Of a stretch of DNA of 64,000 nucleotides, positions 21,141-30,439 are shown piece after piece. The notes under the pieces were generated by a model. It saw only the letters and a list, made by a program, of their open reading frames with translations, was not told where the DNA came from and searched no databases. This DNA is from an uncultured Bacteroidales bacterium (lineage in GTDB: Bacteria; Bacteroidota; Bacteroidia; Bacteroidales; VadinHA17), in assembly GCA_963737255.1 (NCBI GenBank), contig CAVTSB010000001.1:386254-450253 (forward strand), given 5' to 3'. Position 1 is the stretch's first letter, and every line of letters starts with the position of its first letter. Both the position numbers and the translations under genes were made by a program.

Positions 21141-22118
21141 GTGAGAAAGCTGGCATTCATTTCATTGTTAATACTCTTCACCGCAGCTGCAGAAGGGCAG
21201 CAGCTGCCTCTATATAGCCAGTATCTGTACAATAAGTATCTGATTAATCCCGCAGTAGCCGGAAGTGATGGTTATACAAGCTTTAGCCTTACAGCCAGGG
21301 AACAATGGATTGGATATGCCGGTGCCCCCAGGACTTTTTCCTTCAGCGGTCAGGGACGGGTGCTTAAGCGTGGTTATGTCCTGAAAGCCAGGAACTCGGA
21401 CAGGAATACATACCGGCCTAAGACTGACGGTAAGATCGGCGTGGGAGGCTATGTTTTCAGCGACAGGAACGGACTGGTCCAGCGAACTGGCTTTCAGGCC
21501 GCATACTCATATCATATGTGGGTACAGAGCAATACCCAGATTTCGATGGGTATTGCTTTTACCGGGTATCATTTCAAGATCAATGAGGATGAAATCAGGT
21601 TTGAGGATCCGAACGAACCCTGGATGAACAATGAGCTTCGGAGGGGGATCTTTGTACCGGATGCCGACTTCGGGATATATGTGCTGAATCCGAGGTATAA
21701 TTTCGGGTTTTCAACGCAGCAGATATTCGGTGCAGCCGCAAAAATTGGCGAAGACGCATACAATAATTACAGGATGGACAGGCATTATTACCTCTTCGGC
21801 TCTTACAGCCTTGTGGCGGGAAACAAAACCGAACTCCAGCCTTCAGCCCTTTTGTTGACATCGGAACAGATGAAACCCATGGCTGATCTGGGATTCACAT
21901 ATATTTACGATCAGAAACTATGGGCTGGGATTTCGTACAGAACAAGCAAAGCCATTATCGGAAACTTCGGGGTATCCTGGTCCAATATATTCTTCGGATA
22001 TGCATTCGATTTTACCCTCCAGGAAATACAAAGGGTGACATACGGTACACATGAACTAACGGTCGCAATCAGGTTTGGCGACAATGATCGTAAGTACAGG
22101 TGGCTCGACCGTTATTGA
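21141..22118 (+). CDS. PorP/SprF family T9SS outer-membrane beta-barrel protein
   Basis: Signal peptide, then QQLPLYSQYLYNKYLINPAVAG, REQWIG..GAPRT, GYAFD and GTHE. Lies 19 nt after a type-B CTD gene, the established arrangement for this family. GTG start. Confidence 0.93.
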   Translation: MRKLAFISLLILFTAAAEGQQLPLYSQYLYNKYLINPAVAGSDGYTSFSLTAREQWIGYAGAPRTFSFSGQGRVLKRGYVLKARNSDRNTYRPKTDGKIGVGGYVFSDRNGLVQRTGFQAAYSYHMWVQSNTQISMGIAFTGYHFKINEDEIRFEDPNEPWMNNELRRGIFVPDADFGIYVLNPRYNFGFSTQQIFGAAAKIGEDAYNNYRMDRHYYLFGSYSLVAGNKTELQPSALLLTSEQMKPMADLGFTYIYDQKLWAGISYRTSKAIIGNFGVSWSNIFFGYAFDFTLQEIQRVTYGTHELTVAIRFGDNDRKYRWLDRY

Positions 22119-23011
22119 AAACCAGATCTTTTAAGGATATAAATCAGGGAACTGCTCCTGCTTTTATTGAAGGCTGACTCCAGGGCAAACCATAAACCCT
22201 TTGTGGCTCCCCACAAGAACGGTATCGGGGAAGATAGATTTTTTTCACTCAGGATTGAAATGTAGAAAACATCCAGGGAAAGCCTTTTAATGCCGGTGAT
22301 CTTAAATCCTTCCTTTTCCCAGAATAGCTTCACGGTTGCAGGATTAAAATGCCACAGATGTCTCGGGACATCATAGGCTGCCCAATCCCGGCCATAATGA
22401 GCAGCATCGGAGGAGCTGCAGTTAGGCAGGGCGATAATGCAATAACCATCCTGCTTCAGCAGACGTCTTATTTCTTTTGAATAATTGAACGGATCGTGCA
22501 GATGTTCAAGAACATGCCACATGGTTATGAAATCCAGGCTGCTATTGGCCAGTTCCGGAAGATGAACCGGATCCTTCACATCCAATCCAAATCTGGCAAC
22601 CGCAAATTCGCGGGCTTTGCTGTTTGGCTCAATCCCGGTGGCCTCCCAGCCCGATTTCTTCATTATAGCGGCAAAATATCCGGTCCCGCATCCAATATCA
22701 AGTATTTTCGACTTTTTGTTCCCCGCGTAAGATTCCACAAGCCTCTTTTTCTTCTTCAGCATAATATTCCTCGCAACAAGATAGAGGCGGTTCAGAAATC
22801 CTTCTGCGCTGTCATCATGCGGGATGTAGTCATCCGATTCATAATAAGGGCCTATTTCCTCCCCATCCGGATAGCCCTGAGTGAAAACAAATCCACATTC
22901 CGGGCACCGGTAAAGCTCAAATTCTTTCCTGCTCACAAGATGATCAGTACATCTGAGATGAAAGGCTGTTTTGCCGGAAGAACATAGCGGACACTTACTA
23001 TGAATTACCAT
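22112..23011 (-). CDS. Class I SAM-dependent methyltransferase with N-terminal CxxC...CxxC zinc-ribbon
   Basis: Motifs CPLC..CPECG, ILDIGCGTG, ITMWHVLEH and YDVPRHLWHF. Start placed at ATG 23011 (MVIHSKC), overlapping the upstream gene end. Confidence 0.9.
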   Translation of the reverse strand: MVIHSKCPLCSSGKTAFHLRCTDHLVSRKEFELYRCPECGFVFTQGYPDGEEIGPYYESDDYIPHDDSAEGFLNRLYLVARNIMLKKKKRLVESYAGNKKSKILDIGCGTGYFAAIMKKSGWEATGIEPNSKAREFAVARFGLDVKDPVHLPELANSSLDFITMWHVLEHLHDPFNYSKEIRRLLKQDGYCIIALPNCSSSDAAHYGRDWAAYDVPRHLWHFNPATVKLFWEKEGFKITGIKRLSLDVFYISILSEKNLSSPIPFLWGATKGLWFALESAFNKSRSSSLIYILKRSGFQ

Positions 23012-25478
23012 TCTTTCCCACCTTTGTCTTTTTGATGATACCTGATGCAAAATACCCGGCAATGAGCACGATTAGTAAGATTGAACTTGCCAGGGAAACC
23101 TTGTTTCCGCTATAATAGGAGGAAGGTTTGAACACAAATTTAATTTCATGTTCGCCCTCCGGGACAACCATACTGCGAAGAACATAGTTTGCCCTGAAAT
23201 ATTCACTCTCCCTGCCATCTATGAAGCATTTCCAGCCAGCCGGATAATAGATCTCTGAAAAAACGGCGAGCTTTTCGCCTTCTGCCGAATATTTATAAAC
23301 CAGTTCATTTGGCTGATATGAGACAAGCCAGATGCTATCATTCGTTCCTGCAGGATAGGCCGGAGCCTTAACCTGATCCCTGAACCGAACGTCAATAGCT
23401 GCTTCTCCTGACACATCCAGCGAATTGACTGCGGACAGTTCATTGTTGGCGTTCTCAACGAACAATGGTTTTTCGACAAACCAGGCATTTCCCATGGCAA
23501 AGCGGTTGATCAATGGAGGTGCCTCCGGGTTATAGATCAGGTATTTTGTGTTAAGCATGTTGAGAGCATTAGTACCGCTGAAGACAGGGAGAAGTTCATC
23601 AATGGTCTTCGCCTTATCAGCCGAAGCGCTGAAAAGATTAAGTTCCCTGAATATTGATGAATCGATCAGTTCCTTATACCTTTTCAGCTTTGCTCCATGA
23701 TAACCGCCTATCGATTTATGGAAATACGAAGTCGGTGTGTTGTCATTGAAAGTGGAAGCTGTAAGATTCAACACCCTGTAATATGACGGATCCTTCAGGA
23801 TAAATTCATCGGCCGGGGTTGGTGTAAACAATTTCTGAACAGCAGCCGGCCTTTCAAACCGGTCAGCATTCAGATACCTTCTGTCAACACTCCACAGGTC
23901 GATAAAAATCAGCAATCCAAGTATCGCAATCGAATATTCCTTTTTCAGTTTACCGGAAATGAATCCCAGGATCGCAGCTGCTCCCAGGAGGACGAATATC
24001 AGTGACCTGAATGTATCCATCCGTAAAAGATTTCTTCTGTCATCAGCCAGTGCTGCTGTCAGCCAGTCGGGCAATTGCGCCTGAGTTTCCAGAGGACTTA
24101 TGAATGAGCCGGCAATCCCGGGTATCAATAAAACCAGCAGCAGTACTCCTCCAGTTATACCGGCAGCTATTTTGATTCCTTTCAATACATCCCTTTTTGC
24201 CAATGTGCCGAAATAAAGCTCCCTGAGAGCCAGAATTCCAAGAAGCGGTATGCAGAATTGTGAAATTACAAGCGTCATTGTCACAGCCCTGAACTTGTTG
24301 TACCCGGGAAAATAATCGATGAAAAGGTTGGTTAATGGCATGAAATTCTTACCCCAGGCAAGCAGAATTGAAAGAAGTGCTGCAATCAGCAGCCACCACT
24401 TTTCCCTCCCTTTCACGACAATAAGACCAAGGATGAAAAGTAAGATAATTATCGCACCAACATAATGAGGACCATCAGTAACTGATTGGGGTCCCCAGTA
24501 TTTCACTAATTGGTTTACCAGCTGTCCGGCATTGTTTTGTCTTAAAGCCCTGACGGTTTCCGAATTCCTGTCGAATGGCCTGCTCGAGCCGCCCTTGTAG
24601 TTGGGAATGAGAAGGTTCATGGTTTCATCAACACCATAACTCCAGTCTGTTATATAATCCCTGTCAAGCCCCTTCGAAACATTCTTATTATCAAGGGTAA
24701 GGTCTGACTTACCTCTTATAGAGTATTTCCCATATTCGTTTATAGTGTAAAGATTGCCGAAATTGACTCCAACCGCAATCACCACGGGAACTATCATCAG
24801 GACAGATGTCTTCAGAAATTTCGGAACACTCTTCTCCCTGACTGAATATACAAATTCGGTAATAATAAAAACGAGAAGGCAAAGCATTGCGTAATAGGTT
24901 ATCTGCGGATGATTTGCAAGGATCTCGAGCGACAGGATAAAGGCAGTGAAGAGCGCTCCTCTGAGCGCATCCTTCCTGTAAGCATACCAGATCCCCCCTA
25001 TCACCGGAGCCATATAGGCAAGCGCGATCGCCTGAGTGTTATGCCCGGCCGCGAGGATCTGGAAGAAGAAGGATGATAATCCATAACCAATTGCTCCGGC
25101 AATCGAAAGCCAGGGATTGACTCCGAGCATTAAAAGCAAAAGATAGAAACCGGCCATTGAAAGGAAAAGGACTGAAACCGGCATTTTGAAGACCCTTAAA
25201 ACGGTATCTGCATGCTTCAGAAGATTTCCCGGAAATTTTACCGAAATCAAATATGCCGGCATCCCGCTGAAAATTGAATTTGTCCATAAAGGTTCCTCAT
25301 GGAATTTATCACGGTAATCCCTTATTTCTTTCGAATTGATAGTTGATACTGTTGAATCATTCGCTTTCAGAACCTTCCCTTCAAGAACGGGATAAAAATA
25401 TGCAAATGAGATGGCTATGAATGCCACAATCGCAATGATATGCGGTAATGCCGGCCTGAACTTCTTTTTGATATCCAT
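22998..25478 (-). CDS. YfhO family polytopic membrane protein (GT-C-type glycosyltransferase candidate)
   Basis: PLWTNSIFSGMPAY, NHPQITYY, YNKFRA, SIGGYHGAKL and FSEIYYPAGW..RANYVLR. Many hydrophobic segments. Start placed at MDIKKKF (ATG 25478), downstream of a TAnnTTTG element. Confidence 0.85.
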   Translation of the reverse strand: MDIKKKFRPALPHIIAIVAFIAISFAYFYPVLEGKVLKANDSTVSTINSKEIRDYRDKFHEEPLWTNSIFSGMPAYLISVKFPGNLLKHADTVLRVFKMPVSVLFLSMAGFYLLLLMLGVNPWLSIAGAIGYGLSSFFFQILAAGHNTQAIALAYMAPVIGGIWYAYRKDALRGALFTAFILSLEILANHPQITYYAMLCLLVFIITEFVYSVREKSVPKFLKTSVLMIVPVVIAVGVNFGNLYTINEYGKYSIRGKSDLTLDNKNVSKGLDRDYITDWSYGVDETMNLLIPNYKGGSSRPFDRNSETVRALRQNNAGQLVNQLVKYWGPQSVTDGPHYVGAIIILLFILGLIVVKGREKWWLLIAALLSILLAWGKNFMPLTNLFIDYFPGYNKFRAVTMTLVISQFCIPLLGILALRELYFGTLAKRDVLKGIKIAAGITGGVLLLVLLIPGIAGSFISPLETQAQLPDWLTAALADDRRNLLRMDTFRSLIFVLLGAAAILGFISGKLKKEYSIAILGLLIFIDLWSVDRRYLNADRFERPAAVQKLFTPTPADEFILKDPSYYRVLNLTASTFNDNTPTSYFHKSIGGYHGAKLKRYKELIDSSIFRELNLFSASADKAKTIDELLPVFSGTNALNMLNTKYLIYNPEAPPLINRFAMGNAWFVEKPLFVENANNELSAVNSLDVSGEAAIDVRFRDQVKAPAYPAGTNDSIWLVSYQPNELVYKYSAEGEKLAVFSEIYYPAGWKCFIDGRESEYFRANYVLRSMVVPEGEHEIKFVFKPSSYYSGNKVSLASSILLIVLIAGYFASGIIKKTKVGKNGNS

Positions 25479-25508
25479 AAACCTGACTTTTTGGAATACG
25501 ATGAAAGG

Positions 25509-25516
25509 CAAAAGTA
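25509..25516 (-). promoter_or_regulatory. Bacteroidota sigma-A -7 element for the YfhO-family gene
   Basis: Minus strand TACTTTTG matches TAnnTTTG about 30 nt upstream of the ATG. No clear -33 element. Confidence 0.5.
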
Positions 25517-25560
25517 TCTATTTACGTGAAATTATTCTAATTGCAGGTAATTATAGCCCG

Positions 25561-27075
25561 TTAATTTTTTTCGCGGGAATGGATCGATTTAAGATTCGTC
25601 CTGAAATTCCTGAGGCTGGACCATCTGATAATAAATTTTTTTATCGTCTGCAGCTCAACGGCTTCATAGAAATTAAACAAATATAAAAGGAAAGGGAAGC
25701 TTAATACACAAATGACCTTTATTATCAGCCGCGGAACTATGTTCATCTCATTTATGAACAGGCCGGTGAAGGAAAGTATTGCACCGGTCAGGAACATAAT
25801 TATTATCTTCCTTTTTTCGTAGGGAATGAAATACTCTTTTTGCGAGAAATAATAGTTCAGTCCCCAGTAGGTCAATTGTGTAACGAGCGTTGCAATAGCC
25901 GCCCCGATCATATTCCAGAGCGGGATCAGCAGAATGTTGAGCACAATATTCAGTACACTTGAGATTACAACATTCATCCCGACAATCCCTGTCTTTTTAT
26001 TAATCAGTAATCCGTAGCTTGAGGTCTCCCGCATATTCGTAAAGAACACCGACAATGAAAGGACCGGAACCACTACAAAAGCACCCCAGAATTCAGTCGA
26101 TTTCGAGATGACTTTTATGACTTCATAGGAAAAAAGGGAGATAGTAATAATCCCAAGCATAAGTACGAAAGAAGAGTATAACAGCGTTTTGGAGTAAAAT
26201 CTCTGGTTATCGGGTGTATCTATTTTTTGCAGGACCATAGGTGTTATCGCCATTTTCACGGAGTCGACAATTACAAGCTTCAATACAGAAGAGAGCTTAT
26301 ATGCCATTGTATATATTGCAACATATTTCATCAGTGCCAGCGAATTGAGCGAATACCTGTCGATAGCGGTCAGCGATGCGGCAGCAAAATTCGCAAGCAG
26401 CAACGGGAAGCCGTAACTGCTCATCGACCTGAACAGAGTCATTTTAAAAAAGGGAGTGCAGTTCTTCAGCGTATAGCCTGAAAGGATGAGAATGAAAAGA
26501 AGGTTTCCGGTAACCTGGGCCAGGTATATTCCCTCTATCCCCATATGTTTAAAAACAATGAAATAAATTGTCAGGAACAGGACAGCCGCAAGCTTCAATG
26601 TATTGGCCACCGTGAAAAGCATAGATTTCGACTGGACCCGCATCAGGGTGTTTACAAGGTTATTGATTGCCTGCAATGCCGATGACAATATCACCAGTTT
26701 AATAGCCCGGCTCCAGTCATCCGTCCTCAGGATTACTGTGGATAGCTGGTCGGACAAAGGGATAAAAACCAGGCAGAACGACAGGCCTATCAGTATCTGA
26801 AATACGAGCGACATGAAGAAGATCCCTTTCTGGTTACCGGAATAATCCTTGTCCCAGTACCACCGCATCATGCTCTGCGGAAGCCCCGATGCCATAAGGG
26901 AGATAAGGATCATCCCGGAGATATCGAGAAGAGCAATGACCCCGAAATCATCAACTGAAAAGTACTTCGGATCAGTATACAAAGGGATCAGCAGGAATCC
27001 GATGACCTTTACGGCGACATTCCCGAGACCATAAACAACGGAATCCCTTGAGCCTTTTTTTATTGATTCTAACAT
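25561..27075 (-). CDS. Wzx-like oligosaccharide flippase (polysaccharide biosynthesis protein)
   Basis: 504 aa with many TM segments. YGLGNV..K.IGFLLIPLYT..DFGV, YGFPL..AIDRY and NILLIP..GAAIAT patterns of MOP-superfamily flippases. Context among glycosyltransferases. Confidence 0.9.
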   Translation of the reverse strand: MLESIKKGSRDSVVYGLGNVAVKVIGFLLIPLYTDPKYFSVDDFGVIALLDISGMILISLMASGLPQSMMRWYWDKDYSGNQKGIFFMSLVFQILIGLSFCLVFIPLSDQLSTVILRTDDWSRAIKLVILSSALQAINNLVNTLMRVQSKSMLFTVANTLKLAAVLFLTIYFIVFKHMGIEGIYLAQVTGNLLFILILSGYTLKNCTPFFKMTLFRSMSSYGFPLLLANFAAASLTAIDRYSLNSLALMKYVAIYTMAYKLSSVLKLVIVDSVKMAITPMVLQKIDTPDNQRFYSKTLLYSSFVLMLGIITISLFSYEVIKVISKSTEFWGAFVVVPVLSLSVFFTNMRETSSYGLLINKKTGIVGMNVVISSVLNIVLNILLIPLWNMIGAAIATLVTQLTYWGLNYYFSQKEYFIPYEKRKIIIMFLTGAILSFTGLFINEMNIVPRLIIKVICVLSFPFLLYLFNFYEAVELQTIKKFIIRWSSLRNFRTNLKSIHSREKN

Positions 27076-27078
27076 ATG

Positions 27079-28125
27079 CTACTTTACAATTTCTTCAGGA
27101 TAGCCAAGTAATACTACTTCCGAATGACAAAGGTTATTTTTTATCCCCGTTGCCAGTTTCCTGACCATGAATTTATAATCCGGGAGGAGATCCTCAAGTA
27201 TTGGCTTAATCTCGAAAAATTCACGGGGATTATGGTAAACCGCTATCGACAACACAGGCCTGTACCTGATCAGGGTTTTCCGCGCACCTTCCACAAATTC
27301 AAGCCCGTTACCTTCGATATCGACCTTTATGAAACGGGGTGAAATCCTGTATTTGTCAACCAGGAAATCAAGGGATTTTTTCTCAACCGAAATTTCATCA
27401 TATTTGCCTGATCTCCTCAGGAAAGATAGTCCGGATGAACCTGTGTCGTGAAGTTTTACCGGCGGTTCATTATCATTTGATGCTATTCCATTGTTTATTA
27501 TTTCATATTTATCATTGTTTATGCCGTTGTTTGCCAGGTTGACCCTGTATCTCTCAATGGATTTCAGTGACATCTCTATTGAATAGATTTTCCGGTACTG
27601 ATATTCCGCCAGGGCAATTGCTGAATCACCGATAAATGCACCTGCATCAATAAAATCCTGGTCAGTCACATATTTTCTGATTTCAGGTGGAAGCAAAAGC
27701 AATCCGTGATAAAAATAGAAAACAGATTCTTCAAAATGTTTTGAGGGGAACTTCAGATTTCTTTTACTGATCTTCATTTTCTTATTAATTGTGGCCCTCG
27801 ATTGCTCCGTTTCAACAGGCAGCAATCCCCCAACGACCTCCCTTCGTTTCGGGAACCGGTGTTTGTACCTTTCGTCAGGGTAGTTCAATAGTCTTTGGAT
27901 AATTAAATCTATTGTATCAGAAGATTCCTTGTCAAGGTTTTTCTTAAGGGCTGAAATCCTGGCAGTCATGTCCGAAGTGATGAAATAATCCTTAAAACTG
28001 CCCCCAAGACTGTCGGTGATGTAGATCGAATAAGGCTGCGCGATCTTTTTTGAAGCATTTATCAGCGAAACAAGCGAAAAATATATTTTCGGATAATTTT
28101 CCCTTAAATATTTTCCCTCCTTCAT
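27079..28125 (-). CDS. FkbM family methyltransferase
   Basis: Motifs FIDAGAFIGDSA, FIKVDIEG and RPVLSIAVYH. Confidence 0.88.
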   Translation of the reverse strand: MKEGKYLRENYPKIYFSLVSLINASKKIAQPYSIYITDSLGGSFKDYFITSDMTARISALKKNLDKESSDTIDLIIQRLLNYPDERYKHRFPKRREVVGGLLPVETEQSRATINKKMKISKRNLKFPSKHFEESVFYFYHGLLLLPPEIRKYVTDQDFIDAGAFIGDSAIALAEYQYRKIYSIEMSLKSIERYRVNLANNGINNDKYEIINNGIASNDNEPPVKLHDTGSSGLSFLRRSGKYDEISVEKKSLDFLVDKYRISPRFIKVDIEGNGLEFVEGARKTLIRYRPVLSIAVYHNPREFFEIKPILEDLLPDYKFMVRKLATGIKNNLCHSEVVLLGYPEEIVK

Positions 28126-28129
28126 TTTT

Positions 28130-28993
28130 CTATTTGTTAAGGACTATTTTGACTATCAAGCTTTTAAGATATCTTTTCCAGGTAACGTAGCTGCAATACC
28201 TGCCAATAACTTTAACCGGCAGCGGATTGGTTGGAAAACGGATTGAGTAGTCACTCAGGTCTCTTTTTTTCAGAACAGGGAATCCCCTGTAAAAACTGTT
28301 GCTCACATTTTCACCATGAACGGTTTGCACCCACATCGGCTTTTTAAGAATAAACCTCGATTTCCTGGCCTTTTTGTTGAACCAGTCGAGCCAGATCTCC
28401 CTGATTACAAACAGGCGGAGCGTGTCCCATCTTGTATGGATTCTTTCGAACACTCCCGAAGCCCCGGCTCCCCGGGATTCTATAAGACTTATAAACGGCG
28501 ACATGGGATAGAAATAATGCGAAAGCGTTCTGTCGGTGGTGTTAAGTATATATCCCGATGCGAGTGATATCAGGAATTTGTGCCTTGGAGTAAAATTATC
28601 CTGGATGCACCTGACAGCATCTTTATGCAAACAATCATCGTTGTCAATCCTCGTTGTAATTATCCATTCAGTCTCTTCTCCTGTCCTCTCCATAACTTCC
28701 CGGAAATAGTCCGTGTTGAAATCCCCGGCGCCTTTGCAGTAACAGATGTTTATAAAGCGATGGGATGTTAACTTCTTTATAAATTCATTGAATTCACCGG
28801 GCGTATCAGAGTCGAAATAAAGGAGCCAGGTAAATCTCATATTGCTTTGATTTAAAACCGAGGGTAAGCAGTACTCCTCGAACAACGAAATCCTGTTTCT
28901 TGTCCAGATAAGCCAGCGTTCGTACTCCTTGTTATTTGAAAGCGGGAAATTCCTGAGATTGAACTGCGTGATTATAAAATGAGAAAACTCCAT
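28130..28993 (-). CDS. Putative glycosyltransferase (putative rhamnosyltransferase-like family)
   Basis: HFIITQFN, R..LFE.YCLPSV.NQ...F.WLL, ITTRIDNDD, PFISL.E and HGENVSN match this family's pattern. Confidence 0.75.
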   Translation of the reverse strand: MEFSHFIITQFNLRNFPLSNNKEYERWLIWTRNRISLFEEYCLPSVLNQSNMRFTWLLYFDSDTPGEFNEFIKKLTSHRFINICYCKGAGDFNTDYFREVMERTGEETEWIITTRIDNDDCLHKDAVRCIQDNFTPRHKFLISLASGYILNTTDRTLSHYFYPMSPFISLIESRGAGASGVFERIHTRWDTLRLFVIREIWLDWFNKKARKSRFILKKPMWVQTVHGENVSNSFYRGFPVLKKRDLSDYSIRFPTNPLPVKVIGRYCSYVTWKRYLKSLIVKIVLNK

Positions 28994-29032
28994 TTATTGC
29001 TCCGTTCCGTTTTTCAAATTTAACTGATTGTT

Positions 29033-30253
29033 TTAAGATAAGCCTGATTGCTGAGCATCTGGCAGCTGGCTGTACAAAGATAACAGTCTCCCTTTGTTCA
29101 ATCCCATATTATGTTCATTCACGATTGCGTTGAATCCATTCTTCCCCATTTCGAGCCTGAGGGCGCGATCGGAAGAGAGTTTTATTATTGCTTCTTTCAA
29201 TTCTATACTGTTGGTATAGATAATTCCGCATTTGTATTTCTCAATAAGGTTCATTTGAGGCTTGCAGTCCGATGCAATGACTGGTTTCCTGCCAAGCATG
29301 TAATCATAAATTTTGTTTGCCACACCTGATTCATGCTGGGGATTCCTGTGGAAAGGAGCAAGGCAGATGTCGGCAATCTCAAGATAAGCATGCAATTCCG
29401 AATTATCGATCCAGGGGATATAAAAAACCTTATCTCTGAGCTCTTTCATGTTTATCATGTGAAAGAACCTGCTCCTGTCTTTCCTGTCGATGGGGCCAAT
29501 AACGAGAAATACGGAAGGATGACCCTCATCCGCAAGTTCAATAAGGGTATCAAGTGCATCAAATATTCCCCTTCTTTCAGCAACAACTCCATAATACAAC
29601 AGTGTAATTGTATCTTTCCTTATATTGACTTTAAGGGTCACAGGCTCTTTGCTGCCCATTTGCGCAAGGTCGGGAACATTTGGAAGGGGTAAAAATCTTG
29701 TTGCAGGGATTCCGGGATAACACTCGATCAGAGTATCCCTGAATTCTTCACTCAGAACAATTATTCTGTCAGCATATCCAAGATACTCCTTCTCCTTTAG
29801 CTGCCATTTAAGCGGCTGCGATATCAGGCTTCTTAAAGTGCCTTTTGTCCAGTTATAGGTTGTAACGGCATAGGGATAATTCTCATGAAGGTCGAGTATC
29901 ATCGGAATCTGCCTTCCTGATTTTCGTATTCCCGACGCGGCTGCTTTCGACATGTAAAGATCGTGCACATGTAAAGCTTCAATACTATTTTTAAGGATGA
30001 ACTTTTTTATTGCCGATGACCAGAGAAACTCGTATAAAGGTATGAGGTTCAGGAAGAAGAATAGTGCATCCTTTATTTTTTTGTTTATCCTGATCCTCGT
30101 TATATTAATTCCACCTATATCTTTATATGCCGTTTTGCCGAATCCAAAGCAGAGTACTTTGATCTCATGGCCGGCTTCCTTCAGGATCTCTGTTTCCCTG
30201 AGGACCCGTTTATCGTTGTTAAGTTCATTGTCGACAACAACTCCGATCTTCAT
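29033..30253 (-). CDS. Glycosyltransferase family 4 (GT-B)
   Basis: DKRV.RE, HVHDL, DLHE.YP, YYG....RG and NKIYDYM..KPVIASD. Confidence 0.9.
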   Translation of the reverse strand: MKIGVVVDNELNNDKRVLRETEILKEAGHEIKVLCFGFGKTAYKDIGGINITRIRINKKIKDALFFFLNLIPLYEFLWSSAIKKFILKNSIEALHVHDLYMSKAAASGIRKSGRQIPMILDLHENYPYAVTTYNWTKGTLRSLISQPLKWQLKEKEYLGYADRIIVLSEEFRDTLIECYPGIPATRFLPLPNVPDLAQMGSKEPVTLKVNIRKDTITLLYYGVVAERRGIFDALDTLIELADEGHPSVFLVIGPIDRKDRSRFFHMINMKELRDKVFYIPWIDNSELHAYLEIADICLAPFHRNPQHESGVANKIYDYMLGRKPVIASDCKPQMNLIEKYKCGIIYTNSIELKEAIIKLSSDRALRLEMGKNGFNAIVNEHNMGLNKGRLLSLYSQLPDAQQSGLS

Positions 30254-30439
30254 ATTCCGCTGCGGATCAGTAATAATGATGTGAATATACTAACAATAAA
30301 ATTATAAATAATTTGCAGGACATAAAGTGTTTTATCCACAGTCCCGCTTATGCGGGATCGCAGAGTCTAAAAGAAGTAACACTGTTAATTCAGTTATAAA
30401 ATCAATCTGTGATTTCGCCGTGTACTGTAGTTATTGGAT

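Noticed and set aside
30332..30340. Replication origin suggested by a perfect DnaA box
   Set aside because: It is a single box in a 186-nt spacer, with no box cluster and no origin-associated genes nearby.
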